A stretch of DNA of 62,660 bases, counting the filler, from Narcine bancroftii (lineage: Eukaryota): assembly GCF_036971445.1 (NCBI RefSeq). It is 2 parts of one record of this genome, joined end to end, with 100 filler letters (N's around TTAATTAATTAA, not from the genome) between each part and the next. Parts side by side here need not be neighbours in the genome. Positions count along the whole stretch, not along the records: positions 1 to 31,409 come from NC_091476.1; positions 31,510 to 62,660 come from NC_091476.1. One strand, given 5' to 3'. Of this stretch, positions 27,226 to 40,898 are shown one piece after another (the stretch's first letter is position 1; the number at the start of each line of letters is the position of its first letter). The translations under genes were made by a program, and so were the position numbers. The notes beneath the pieces were generated by a model that did not search any database, was not told where the DNA came from, and was given only the letters and a program-made list of their open reading frames with translations.

Positions 27226-28153
27226 GTGAGTGTTCCAGCACGCAGCACTGCTAGAAGATGGACCTGTAATTTCAACAGTCACTTATTTTCTCTCCATTGT
27301 TAGATTACAACTCCCTCTGATATTTTTTTTGCCAATATGACAAATAGGGGATCTGGTGACAGCTGATGTAAGGTACCTGTGAACAACCTTGTATTAGCAT
27401 TTCATTTCAAAACACACATTGTTCTCATTTCTGCTGGGAACTGGTCTCTTGCCCCCATTTTGCTAATTTCCCTTGTCTCCAAGTTGGAAAATCATGGGTT
27501 TGACTTCTCCCGAGTACACTGGGTAGCGGGTCTGGGGAAGGTGAGCACAAAGAGGTGCTGGCCTGTGCGAACACCGTTGAGACTATTTGCGAGAACAACA
27601 ATCTAACTCTTAACGAGGACAAGACAAAGAAGATGACCGTGGACATCATGAGGAGCTAGACGACCACCCTCCACCTGCACTTTAATAGCTCAGTAGTGGA
27701 GGGAATAGAGTGCACCAAGTTCCTCGGAGTCTACTTAAGTAGTGAGCTATAGTCAACACATAACACCCCTCAGTTGTCAGAAAGGCACAACAGTGATTGC
27801 AATTCCTGAGAAGACAGGGGTGGGCAAGGCTACTGGCCACCATCCTGTCACTTTCTACAGGAGCTCTATCAAGAGAGTCCTGGCTAGCTGCATCACCGTG
27901 AGTTGCAGTGGCTGTAGAGCTCAAAGCGAGGATCATTGGGGTCTCTCCCCCCACCCCTTCCCCATTGACATGATCTACCAGGATCGTTGTTTGAAGAGGG
28001 GTGAAAAAATCATTAAGGCCCCCACCACCCCGCACACATCTTTCAGATAGTCATGTTGGTAAAGAGATACAGGAGTATCAGAGCGAGCTCCACCAGGTTG
28101 AGAAACAGCTTCTTTCTACAGGCAGAGAAATTGCTGAACGAGTGAATGAACTA

Positions 28154-28993
28154 CAGTATAACGCCGATTATTAAAAATGGTCGGGAACGGACCTATTTCG
28201 GATGACTGAATTTTTTCGGATAACTGGTCATTTTTTAAAAACAGCCTAGTAGTAACAGTAAATCACTTGTATCAATGTTTAAACAACAATAAACAACAAG
28301 GGAAGGCTTTTTAAGCATTAAAATACTGTTTAATTCTCACCAACAAAATGCTGGCCATAATGCCGCTACAATCACTGAGACCTCCCAACTACCACCGTTG
28401 ATCCCCTACACGTCCCAACCACTGCCACTGATCTCCGGGGAGGCTTCCCAGGCTGGGGGAACACTCATTGGTGAGTCGGCTGATTTCTGTCTCCCGGTGG
28501 GTTTGTTCCGGCTTTGCGTTCTGGTTCTTGATGTTGGAGCCTGACACAGACGCAATCTTCGCCTGCACACTCCCCCCCCCCCCCCCCCCAAAACCTCTGC
28601 CACTGATTACTGGTACCTCCCCACCGAGGTCCCTGCACCTGCCCGGGGACTGCTTTTCTTGATGACGCCGGGACAAGGGATTCTTCTGACCGCTTGCGGC
28701 TGGGAGACAGGCACACAGTTTGAGAGAGAGAGAGTTGGACAGAAAAGTTAATAGGGGAAGATAAAGAAATGGAAAGGGGGGATGGAGTTACCTGAAACTA
28801 GGACAATCGTCTTTCTAAATTCATGTCTGGTGAATTTTTTTTAGCCTGTGAGGTTGGTTCGGTTCCAAAAACTTTTTGGAAAACTGAGGATTTCTGATTG
28901 TTTCAGATATCCCCATTTATCTGAACAGACGTCACTTCCGGGTCCAATTTTTTTTCGCATAAATAAGTATTTTGGATAATTGGAGTTGTATTG
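28154..28993. mobile_element. Tc1/mariner (Tigger/pogo-like) MITE
   Basis: TA flanks; TIRs CAGTATAACGCCGATTAT / ATAATTGGAGTTGTATTG. Confidence 0.65.
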
Positions 28994-31409
28994 TATTCAT
29001 ACAAACCCTCTGAGACTCTACTATTTATTAAACAATATTTATTTATTTTATATACATATATACGAATTGCATATGTATTGTTATGTCTATATGTATGTTT
29101 GCATGTTTTTGCACCACAGACTGGAGAACGCTGTTTCATTGGGTTGTACTTGTGCAATCGGATGGTAATAAAGCTGCCCTTGAATTTGTAAGTGGATATA
29201 AAATAGCTCAGAACATCACACAAACCCCCTCCCTGCCATCAACTGCATCGACACTGCCTCAGAAAAGCAGCTAATGCATTATAGACTTTCTCCCTCCTCC
29301 TGCGGAATGAACAGTCTACCCTCGGAGCTGACTGGTGGGGTTGGAGGATTCTGGAATTGGAGAAGAGAGAAGGCGGCTTAAAATAGGGATGTAATATGGA
29401 TTTTTCCCATTGTTCTGTGATCACTTCATGATGAAGCCTCATATTCATGAAATTTTGATATTTAGACATAAAGCACGTTAACAGGCCCTTTTGCCCATGA
29501 GCCCATACCGTCTAATTACACCCAATTAATCTATAAACACAGTACGTTTTTAATGGTGGGAGAAAACTCGCACAGATACTGGGAGAACGTAAAAACTCCT
29601 TGCAAACGGCGCCGGATTTGAACTCCAGTCAAATCCTGTAGCAGCATTGCATTAACTGTGCCACCCTTTTTAATATCAGGCATTAAATGAGGTGGGAGTG
29701 GAAATTCCCAGTGTTAGAAAGGACCATGGAAGACCCCTGAATGGTTCAGCTTCTTCACTGGAGATATCAAGAGGTTTTGGTATGATTTTGGATTGAGCTC
29801 ATTTGCTTTTGATCCAGCAGGAATTGCAAAGATGAAGCGGTGGATTTAACTGTGATCCATACAATGGAAATCTTCTGGACCCTTTATGGTGAGATGAAGA
29901 AGAAATGTGTAAGTTGCAATTTCCGTCTTGGGGAAAATAAATTACACTACAACTGTTGTTGTACTGGGAAATAAATATTAGTAATGACTTCCTGATGATT
30001 AAAGTACCTTGACACATAACTCTTCAATGTCCCAGGATGAACAGAAGAGGTTTCTGTCATCGATATGTTGACCCATTTAGTTTCCCTCTCTCCTCTCCAG
30101 AGCCTCTGAATCAACAGCCTCTAGGAAACTCTGGTCTCCTGGGCAGTGAATCCTTATTCAATATTAAAGCATAGAAGTCCTCAACGATCAAATGTAACTC
30201 TCGACTTCATCGCCCAGTAGTAAATTCTTTTGGAGAGGACAAAATCATAAAATCAACATGTATTGCTGAGAATGATCCTAGGGATGAGAGGAGCGTTTGA
30301 TAGGCTTGGGCCAGTACTCACTGGAGTTTGGAATGATGAGAGGGGATCTACTGGATGTGGAAAGGATTGTGTGAAATGGACGTGGAGGAGTTGTTTCCAG
30401 AAGTGTGAGAGTCTGAGAGCGGCCTTGGGAATTAAAGGGTGTCCTTTAGAATAGAGATGAGGAGAAGCTTATTCAGGGTAGTGAATCTGTGGAATTTGTT
30501 GCATCCAACGGCTGTGAAGGCCAAGTCATGGGGTGTATTTAAAATGATGGGTTCTTTGTTAGTAATGGTGCCAAAGGTTATGGAGAGAAGGCAGGAAAAT
30601 GGGGTTGAAAGGAAAAATACATTGGCCATGATTTGGATGGTGGAGTAGACTCAATGGGCCGTGTTTGAATGATGGAGCAGTTTCGATGGGCTGAATGGCC
30701 TAATTCTGCTCTTACGTTTTATGGCCTTATTTTCTGTAGGTCAGTCTACAAAATGGGGATGGAAGGTGATTACCAGACAGTCCTCTCGTTCAGCCATTTT
30801 CAGCTGGGTGCCCGACAGCCCCCTCTGGGGCCCACAGCACATTTAAGTAAAAGGTTTCTTTTCTTTTCACATTAATATGTTTTAATGCAGGAGAGAAGTG
30901 TGGAATAAACCAAAATTTGACTACTTTACAGGGAAGGGGGCCCACAAACTTTGAGCAGAGTCCAAGGGAAGTCAAAGCCAAAAGTTTGAGAATGGCTGGG
31001 ATAGGCTGTGTCTGAGTATAAAACAGATGGAGGGTGATTACCAGACCGTCCTCTGATTGATGGGCTGTGTCAAGGGATGGATCTTTTTCTGTTCTGAAGT
31101 TGGGATGTTGGCTACCAAGTCAAATGAGCTGGGACAGCAGTGGACACAACCAGATTTCTAAATGACAAACGTCCAAAACTATGGTGTTGCCTGGAACATT
31201 GCACATTCCTGGCCTGATTTTCTGTTTTGATTCTATTTCAGAATCAGAATGCATTTGTTGCTGCCCTCCTAAAGACCTTTGAACAAACGAAGGTGAGAGA
31301 TCGACTGTGGAGCTGAATGAAGCCCCCTTTGTTCAGCTGTATTCCAGCACCATGTAGGAGACACCTGGTTGGATATTTGGGGAAACGGGGCTCCCATCCC
31401 AAGGAGATG

Positions 31410-31509
31410 NNNNNNNNNNNNNNNNNNNNNNNNNNNNNNNNNNNNNNNNNNNNTTAATTAATTAANNNNNNNNNNNNNNNNNNNNNNNNNNNNNNNNNNN
31501 NNNNNNNNN
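31410..31509. other. Artificial linker/gap between two segments
   Basis: 44 N + TTAATTAATTAA (stops in all six frames) + 44 N. Confidence 0.98.
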
Positions 31510-33049
31510 CCTGTTATAGAATGAAGTAATGCTGTCTTATTCGCTCTTCAAAATTTAGTGTATGTAAATGTGAACACACAAAACAAGTTTTAAAAATGTT
31601 AATGTTGATAATGAAAATGCAAGTTCCTGGTGTTAAGGTTAAAATTGCAGTTATACAAAGAAAACATGTTAATTAAAAGTAAGCTACTTTTGTTTTTTAT
31701 AAAAGGGAAATGTAATGATAGTGATCATGTTTGCATGGCAACTACCAATGCCTTACAGTTAGATTAGACTTGGATGCCAGCAGGGGGCTGACACACAGTA
31801 TGCAAGAGCTGTAATGGAGACTTGCTACCTCATGGCCTGCCTTATGATGCTGTTTACAACTTGAAAGTAAATAACCTTTTCGTTCATCCATGTGTTGTCT
31901 AAGAATTCACACATATGAATAGAAAACCTACCTCTTTGGATCACATGATAAGCGCCTGATCTATAATTTTTTTTTAAATGGCATGAGCCCTTTGACTCAG
32001 CAGTGCCAAGGTCTGTCAAAAGGGACATCTGTCACTATTTAATGATCTCCTCCATCTGCTCATAGATTATGATAATGATGCCCTATCTCATGGTTTCTGA
32101 CCTGCTGCCAGAAAGAATCACAACATTTTTTCCAGGGCCCAACCAGTCCCACAGATCCAAGTAAAGTCCCTGATATCTGCAATTCAAGCACCGGCAGTCT
32201 GATGCAACTGACAAAAAAATATATATATTAGATTTGTCGGGTAAGCAGAAATCAGCAGATCATGAGGTAATGGATAAATTTAGTTTGGTATTGTAAGAGT
32301 AAATCTCAAGCAACTGTAAATCCACTTATCCAGCATCTACCAATGCCCTACATCGTGACTAATCACCTGTAACATATGCTCATGACCGGCAAGGCTCCAC
32401 CTAGTCCAGCCCTGAGCAGAACTGCAGCGACCGTCCACGTCAAGAGTCACTATGCCTTGCAATTTCACCTTGGCCCCAGGCAAGCCCGGCCCCCTCCCTG
32501 CACCACGGGTATAACATGGGTTCTTCCAAGAACTACCATTATTTTTTCACTTGATAGTTAACATCATCTCTAATTGGTTTGTGTTTCTTTTATCATGTAA
32601 AGTTATTTTAAACACTTGCAAGGTAAATGCATAAGTATCAGAAATTTTTGTTCTTTGGCAACATTTTGTTTTGGACCCCCAGTGAGCAGCACAGGGAATA
32701 ATTAGGCAAACTGGATGAAAATGACAGCAAAAAATGAAAGCTGGAAGGTATTCAGCAGGCCAGCCAGTGTCCGTGGAGGGAAATATTTTCAGTCCAGACC
32801 AGCAACAAACTGTCCATTTCATCTCCGTGAATGCTGCCTGACATGTTGAGCTCCCTCGCAAATCAAACTCCTTTTCATTCTTACACATTGCTGTCCCCTT
32901 GAGATAGGCCTCTCTGCACTTGGATGATACCTATCCCCCATAACACGTACCAAATTCTAGAAGGCACAGAAGGGCAGAAGTGTTTCAGGAAGAATTTTTT
33001 TTTCAATCCACTGAAGAATTGAAATTTGGAAGTATTTTCTGAGGAGCAG

Positions 33050-33967
33050 TGTGTCAGATTATATCATTTTATATTGAATATAGATTTTTTTTGAAGGAGA
33101 TAGATTGTGGGGGTAGTGTAGGTCATTTAACACACAAACGCTTCACAAAACAGATCTCATTTAAAATTCCAGAGCTTTGCTCAAGCCAGAGTCCAGGCTC
33201 CAAGTGCCTTTGCAAAAATCTTGAAGAATGCCTATACAGACTTCACAAATGGGTATTAATTGGACGTGCTGTGGAGTAACGGATTATTGTTTTGAAAGCA
33301 ATAGATGAATGTACTCAGAAGTTCTGGTTCCGCAATCTGTCTGGTTGCAGTTTGCTGCTCTAAGGTCATGTGGTTTTGCAAGCAGAGAGAGAGAACTGGT
33401 TTCTGCTGGCAGCTTGTTGAAACCCCATTTTGAAGACAGGTTGTTGAGCTGAGTTCAGCCTGTTAAAATCCCTTGTAGTCCATACAAGAGAAAATGGTTG
33501 GCTAGAGTGTTTCACCTGAAAGAAGAGGCGATCATTTGGAAAACCCTGATGGGGCAAATTTCTTCGGTGGTTGATCGGAGGGAATCAGTTTGTGTGTGTC
33601 CAACGAGCAACAAATCTCTCTTTGAAACCAACAAGAACCTTCCTGAGCAGTAACCAATTATCTTTAAGCACCAGAGCCTGGTGAAAATTCATGTTAAATT
33701 CTGTGCACAAATCAAGAATTGCCTGATACTGATGAACTTGGAAGAGTGAGAAGTGAAATTGGACAGTGAATCAAATAACTTTTCTGAACTTATACATATT
33801 ACATACACGTGAACTTAGAATTAGAAGGGGGTTGTTAATAGTAATAAGTTAAAGTTTGATCTTGTTTTTACATTTAAATAAAATTTAAAAATGACTTGTT
33901 TAAGTAACCATTTGTCTTGGTGAATTTCTAATGCTGCTGGATTTTGGGGTTCTCTGGGTCTGTAACA
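33050..33967. mobile_element. Solo LTR, same family as 3361-4419
   Basis: Colinear similarity (e.g. AAGTAACCATTTGTCTTGGTGAA); TGTGTCA...TGTAACA ends; no clean TSD. Confidence 0.75.
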
Positions 33968-34657
33968 TTAATGAAGGCAGGTTTAAAAAACATTTAGACA
34001 AACGCAGAGGAGGAGGGACGGTTTAAAAAAATAATGGAAACATATTAATTTGCAAATGCAAGCAAGGTATTGCAAGAAATTACATGGATTGGCATATTGT
34101 AGAACAGAATGCAGCTTGCGTCCAAGTATGCGGCAGATGAAGCAGGATGGAAGAACATGGGTGATTATGCAAACAAAACGAAAATGACATCAAAATGTGC
34201 TGCTTTCTCTTGTGAAGCTTGTATTATTGCCACAGACAGTAGAGATTGCTGATTCTCAGTTCAAAGGGTCGGGGGTTGCTCAGGACAGAGCTTTGCTGTC
34301 ATGGCCCTGCAGGCAGCCAGTACGTTCCGCCTCACCAGCTTCTCAGGCCACACAAATTCGTGATCTCAAATCAGATGAGTCACCGTGTGCTAAGTTTGGT
34401 AGTTTGTGTCGAACGGATGTTGATCATGGATTACCAGCAAGGTAAATTAAGAGCACAGCCCAGTGCTCTGGCCAGCAGGCAAAACTCTCATTGCTCCAAT
34501 GATCATGCTGTTGGATAATGAAGTATGAAAGATTAACATTTCCAGTCACAACAAAGAGATGGGCGAGGTTATCACCGACAGGAGGAAGAGCTGTAATCGA
34601 TGTGAAGGGGAGATGGCGTGCAACTGGAGGTGGGAAATGGTAATCCAGTTAACTCAG

Positions 34658-34907
34658 TGTAGAGCTCGTCGAAAGAACCAAAGGCTTGTTGATCCAAACC
34701 AAGGCTTTTATTAGCAAAAGACAGAAAGACAGGAGCTCTTCGCAGGTGGCCAACCAGTCTGGAATGATCTGACCTGGCTAGGGACACAACCCTTTAAGGC
34801 CCAGACAGTAGGTATGGCTAAGCTCTCAGCCAATCGCTGTAAGCACAGTCATTACATACTCGAGATAGTGTAACTATATACATTGGTGATAGGTCTGTAC
34901 TATCACA
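34658..34907 (-). mobile_element. Short solo LTR, 250 bp
   Basis: TGT...ACA termini; 5-bp TSD CTCAG (34653-34657, 34908-34912); internal AATAAA on the - strand. Confidence 0.8.
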
Positions 34908-37900
34908 CTCAGAGCTCAATTTCAATAGAAACACGGTGTGGTAGGAATATGATTCCGCAGTACCTATTGTCTGCTCGATGGTCAGTTGCAGAATACTTCA
35001 TTTACACAGCACAATTTTGAAACTTCTCTATGTTAAAAGAGCATTCATGCAATAAAAAACATACAATTTGACATTCTGCTGGCATTGGTCAGGTGCACCC
35101 ACACCTGATTTGTAACTGGTTGCAGTTCAAAGTGGTTTTCAAAATTTATTTGAGGTGAGCGACACGCCATAAAGAAGAAGAGGAAGTTAGACAAGAAACT
35201 AAGCAGTTAAATGTCATGTATCACATTAGAGAAACGTACCTGGAGCAGGAATAACAACAAGCATGGCATTTCCCTGCAAGTTGTTGCAAACAGCATAAAT
35301 TTATACATGTGCTTAACCTGCTCATCTCTGCTGGAAAACTTTTCTAATTGAAGCACCGCAGAAAGAGCTAACTAAAGAAGTCTGCAGATGCTGGAAACTG
35401 GAGTTCGTGGCATTATTATGTCCTTGTGAATACTCTGCCCTCATGTGGCAGGTATATTGATGCACGTTCAAAGCACAGGAACTGGAGAGAAATAAAATGT
35501 CACTTCAGATTTATTGGTCTGGATAAAGGGTCCTGACCATAAACGTTGTCTGACCTTTTCTACCCACTGATACTGTTGAATTTCCCTAGCAGTTCATGGT
35601 TTGTACAAGAACTGCAGATGCAGGAATCTCAAGCAAACAACTGGAAGGAGGGGTTCAAACTGCAGGTAAAGCAGTATCTGTGGAGGGAAATGGACAGTCA
35701 ATGTTTTGGGTCTGAACCTGAAACAAACTCATAATTTCTCTCCAGGAATGCTGCCTGAATTATCGAGTTCCCCGAACTCATTTTCATTCGTAGTAAAAAA
35801 TACAATGCTGGAGAAACTCAGCAAGTCAAACAGGGTACTTTATGTATATATCCAATGATTTTGGCTTGAACCCTTCATCAAAGTATGGCAAAATATCAAC
35901 AAGCCTGCCTACCTCACACCTTGATGAAGGGTTCAAGTTTGAAACATTGGTTACATGCAGTAGGTCCAAAATTCCAGATGCCAGAAATCTGGACCATCCA
36001 GTAATCCAGACTTTTCAAAAACTCTTTAAATTTAGCGGGATTTTTGTATTGCATGCGTAAGCACTAAAGATGCACAGCGGCAACAAACGACCACGTTTGT
36101 TGACTTTATTTTTCTTTAAAATTGCTTGTATTTGCTAATGAATAATCTTTGTTCCTCCTTAAATTTGAAAAGAACTGCCGTAGATGCCCAAAAATCCAGA
36201 CCAACCCAATCCTCGAGCAGTCCGGATTTTCGGACCAGACTTTTGTGTTTTACTTTGTTTCATTCCACACACTGGCATCTCCTTGAGATAGGTATAATCC
36301 AAGGTCAGACAGATATAGGAGATATAATCAAGATTCCTTTATTGTAATGTAATAAAAACAGTCCAATATTACAGAATTTGCTTTAGTCTGCCATAAGGCT
36401 GACAGATTCAACTTTGGCAGAAATTGCCTGAAGTGCCTCTTACAGTCAAAGAAAGCAAAGCAAAATAAAGTCCCCTCACAGACACCAAGTGTCCATGGAT
36501 TTGCCTCCAGCACTGCCAGTCTCCACAGCAACTTAGGGTCCTGTCCAAACCATCAGCAGCCCAAGCTCCAGATCCAAACTTCCAGGAAACCTTCAGTACA
36601 TCCCAATTCCAATAACTTCAGCCAATCTCCAACAGTCCACAGTCTGGTACAAAACCCTCGACTCCAGTTGCCAGCTCCCCACAGCCTCATTACCTCAAGT
36701 CCTATCCCTCGTAACAAAAGTACCAAAATCCAGAAGGCACAGATTTAGTGCAAGAACACGAAACAATGAGTGTTTGAGGAATTTTTTTTTAATCCAGAGT
36801 ATTAATTGGAAGTTGGAAGTATTGTCTGAGAGGCAGGTTTAAAAAAATTTAGCCAAACACAAATAATAGAAGGGTGAGGGTGGCAGTTGAAAAAAAATAA
36901 GGCTTTTTCTATTAATTTGCAAATGCAAGCATGGTATTGCAGTAAATTGCATGGATGGCATCTTGTAGAACAGAACCAGGGTTCAGAAGTAAGGATAGTA
37001 TAGGCAAGTAGCAGAGAACAACTTGCTTTTAATTGGATATGATGCCTGTTATCTTGTGTGTTATGTTTGTGTAATATATAACACACTGCATTACTCTTCT
37101 GTGTCAATGACCATGCTACTCTGTTCCACTGTAAATTTGCTTCAAGTATTCTGTGTCACTGTATTACACAATAGTGATTCAAGCACTAAACTCTTTCTCC
37201 CACCCCAAGGGTTGTATCATTACAAGGAGTTTGTACGTTCTTCCCTTGCCTTCATGGGTTTTCTCCCACCCTTCAAAACATACCAGGGGTGTAGGTCAAT
37301 CGGGTGTGATTGGTGGCACAGGCTCGTGGGCCAAAAGGGCTGCATGTCTAAATTTAAAATTAAAAAAAAAGAACATTCTTGCTCTCTTAAGGAGTGAAAG
37401 TTTCCAAAGATGTATTCTGCAGAGAAAAAGGAATGTTCTCTGCAGGATTTCAGGAAACTTGCATCACTCAACTAAATGATACATTGATAGTTGTGAGAAT
37501 TTTTGCATGGAGATTGACACCAAGTCTGCAGCAATTGAAGCAGATAGGAAGAACATGGCTGATTAACCAAACAGGATAAAAATTACTGCAACGAAGTATG
37601 GAAGAGGGATAGAAAAATAAAGCATTTTTATATTAATTTGCAAATGCACGCATGGTATCCTGTGCTGCCTTATACAAGCAGAGATACAAGCACTAAACTC
37701 CCCTCCCCCCCACACCTTCCCTTACTATGACTGTATTACACAATAGTAATTCAATTTGTACAGCAAGTGCAAAGGAGTATTCTGCAGGGAAGTAGGAATG
37801 CTACCTGCAGTGTTTTGGGCAATCACTCAACTAAATTATCAGATTGATAGTTGAGGGTTTTTGAATGCAAATTGTCACTTTAAAATAATTAATTGACAAG

Positions 37901-38125
37901 TGATTTTGCAACATTTGTAAGGCACTAAATAAATGCAATACTTGTTATTCCACCAAAAAGGGACACTGACCTCAAGTAAAAGAACTTCTGGTGCCTAAAA
38001 CCTTACATGGGCTGGAAAGGCAGAAACCTACCCCAATGAACAATGAATCCTTTCTGAAGGTGCACAGAAAACAAGTTGTTGTGTGATGGAATTGAAAGAG
38101 AGAATAATCAGTTGCTTTCAGTGTA

Positions 38126-38131
38126 TTTATT
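38126..38131 (-). terminator. Likely TRAPPC4 polyadenylation signal AATAAA
   Basis: TTTATT on the + strand ~290 nt downstream of the stop codon. Confidence 0.55.
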
Positions 38132-38222
38132 GCCTATGTACATTACTGTATTATTTTCAGTGCTTCAGATGCAAAATATATACACAGTAGCCCAATGTAC
38201 CAACCTTTTGAAGAGTCTAAAG

Positions 38223-38396
38223 CAGGGGTGGCCACCCTTTTTTTTAATTTAGTCATACAACACCGTAACAGGTCATTTTGGCCCACAAATACGTACCGGG
38301 GATGTAGGTAAATTGGGTGACACAGACTCCTGGGCCAAAATAGCCTGTTACTATGCTGTATATCTAAATTAAAAATTAAAAGGTTGGCCACCTTTG
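38223..38396. mobile_element. hAT MITE in the TRAPPC4 3'UTR
   Basis: 8-bp TSD GTCTAAAG (38215-38222, 38397-38404); TIRs CAGGGGTGGCCA/TGGCCACCTTTG. Confidence 0.85.
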
Positions 38397-38419
38397 GTCT
38401 AAAGCATCAGTGATCAAGG

Positions 38420-38498
38420 TCAAGATGTTGCTCCAAATGTTCCAGCTTTTTCAGCTACTTCCAAAGCCACTTTCAAATTCTGTTCAAAGAGATCACAC
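38420..38498 (-). CDS. TRAPPC4: TRAPPC4 exon 5 (last coding exon)
   Basis: [25 protein letters not shown] then TGA; total 660 nt = 219 aa + stop. Confidence 0.96.
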
Positions 38499-39920
38499 CT
38501 GAAGATAAAAGGCATTTAAACAGTGAATGGTTCAGTTCTGAATTTCATCAAGATTTCAACCTAATAACCCACCATCCCAGGGGAAAAAAAAAATCACTAT
38601 ATGAATATTGGATTGGTGAGGCTGCCAATTGTAAGCAAGTAGCTTGTACAAGTGTTTGTATAAATCCTCCAGGAACAACCTGCCCACAAGAGAAAATTAA
38701 TGACATGGGGCAATTTCACAAGTCATGTCCATAAATTGCCAATTGTGGTACTGTCACAATCTAAATTAGATATCTTAGAAACTGCAAGCATCTGAATTCA
38801 ACAATATTTTGGGTGGGGATTCTTTTCTCATCGAGTCCCTCCAGGTTCTCTGCTTACTATAAGGCATGGTGTCATGAGATGGCGGGGGAGGGGAGCATTT
38901 GCAAGCCATTCCCCCCCCCCAATGAGTTATTGTGTCCCCGCACTAGCCACCCGCAGAACAAGTTTGACTTGGTTTCGTCTCCATGGGCCGTAAGAATGTG
39001 CGTTTATCGGTTAAGTTGAAGTGAGAGGAAGTGTGACAGCAGCACATGTAGGAGGATCCTGGCAGGTATGGCACCCACGTCTCCGCCCCCACCCCCATGA
39101 GTGTCTTCGAACATCAGTTTGTGCCACCCAATTAGACTTCATCTGACACCAACTACATAATCTGAATCATGTTTTGGACTGCAGTGATTCAAGAAATTGG
39201 TTCACCATCACCTTCTCCAAGATGATTATGAATGGCCAATAAATGCCTGCGACACTGAGATCATGAAAAAGAACAAATAAAAAGTACAAAAGATATATTT
39301 TTAAACAAATATTTGCAGTTTTTAAATTGTCACTTTCTTCATTTGGACTGTTGCCTGTCCCCAAGACTCAGGAGCTGTGTCCAAGGCCCTGCCAAATACC
39401 ATTTTGGTTTTGGTAGGATTGGCAGGGGTGTAGCACACCCCTGCACCCAGAGTATATCCAATTAAGTCATCTGCACAAACACAAAATGGAGGCCACCACT
39501 AGTCTTAAAGTAGATCATTTATTCATAACCAGTCTCAAGCCATTGTGATGAAACAAATCTGCAGAATTTTCCCCAAAAATTTGCCCCATTTTTTCAAGAA
39601 TCAATCCACAAAATATGCATTTTCTTACACACATCACATTTTCTGAGTGGAGTTCCTCAACAGAATCAAGACAGGAATTTGAGCGAGAACAGATAACAAA
39701 CACAAGCAGTGAAGCTAATGATTGCTGATCTCACACTTCTTCCTGTTATCCCAGCAGTTTTCTTCAGGTTGTTAACCAATTTATAAATAAAGCAACAGCT
39801 CAGGTGGCTGACAAAAGAAAGTTCAGGTTTAAATCTGTGGCAACACTTTACTATGCAAAGCCTTGACTCTTTTTTTCCCCTGATATAAAGTCCACAATCC
39901 CTGCTTGCAGACCCACCTAC

Positions 39921-40047
39921 CTGATTGGCATCTCGAGAGAGTAAAATGGGTTTTTAAGAGCATAGTCCGAATAAATTTCATAAATTTTCCGTAGGAGGGA
40001 ATCAATTCCAGCTTGTCGAGGGTCAGCCAACACGATGAACTTAATTC
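39921..40047 (-). CDS. TRAPPC4: TRAPPC4 exon 4
   Basis: 127 nt; [42 protein letters not shown]. Confidence 0.97.
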
Positions 40048-40898
40048 CTTTAATGGAGGAGAAAATGGGAATAAACATGGAATACATTTTACAGAGGAAT
40101 CTCAGCAGTTAACTTTCCAAAAAAAATTTTTTTTTTTTTTTTTAAATCACGAAAGGTCTAGGTTATTTTAATGAAAATCAGTACAGGATTCGTAATGAAA
40201 AAAACCAGAACCACCCATGATAAAAAATAAGAAACCTTTCACCCTTTGTGTCTCCTCGGTAATGCCACTTTCTAATCAACCACATTGCTCTTTCACCTGC
40301 ATATATTTTCCCATCAAGCTCCACTTTCTTTTCCGGTAAAATAATGCAGATCAAAACAAATAGCTACATTAAAATTAAAAGTTTCTTATCTTATTGGGTA
40401 TTCTTTCCCATCTGGCTTGTATGTCAGAAATACAATCTTTCCTACCCAGCTCCCTTACAAAGTGATTCTGGTCCAGATCATTGCCACTTTTTTCCTCAAA
40501 CCACCACACAGTCCCATTATTTTAAGTACATCCTCTTTCACCCCAGTCATCATCTTTTAAATCTCTATCAATCCCCTCCCGATCATCTACGCACCAAGGT
40601 GAAACACCCTAATCTCTCCTATTTAACCTTGAAGCCTAAATGTCTCAGTCCTGAAATAATACAGAGGGACACACCTTTTCTAAAACTTCCAGGCTCCTTC
40701 AGGCTGGTTCATCTGGTTAGAAAATAACCAACCAATGAGAAACAGTTTCTCACTTATTAAAACCACAAAAGTTTCTGAATAAAGATAACAAAATGGATGT
40801 CCTGGCCTCAAAAATGCAAGCTTCCTGTGTTATGGAAAGGATATGGATCAAGTAACCTGAAGATTCAAAAAGAGAAAATAATGCCCACCGCTATTCAC

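Noticed and set aside
31454-31465. TTAATTAATTAA palindrome
   Set aside because: Synthetic six-frame stop linker inside the N gap; not biological.
40836-40844. Perfect ATATCCTTT U12 donor motif in TRAPPC4 intron 3
   Set aside because: Its context resembles a CR1 tail remnant (GGAAAGGATATGG), no matching U12 branch point or AC was seen, and the intron has normal GT-AG ends.
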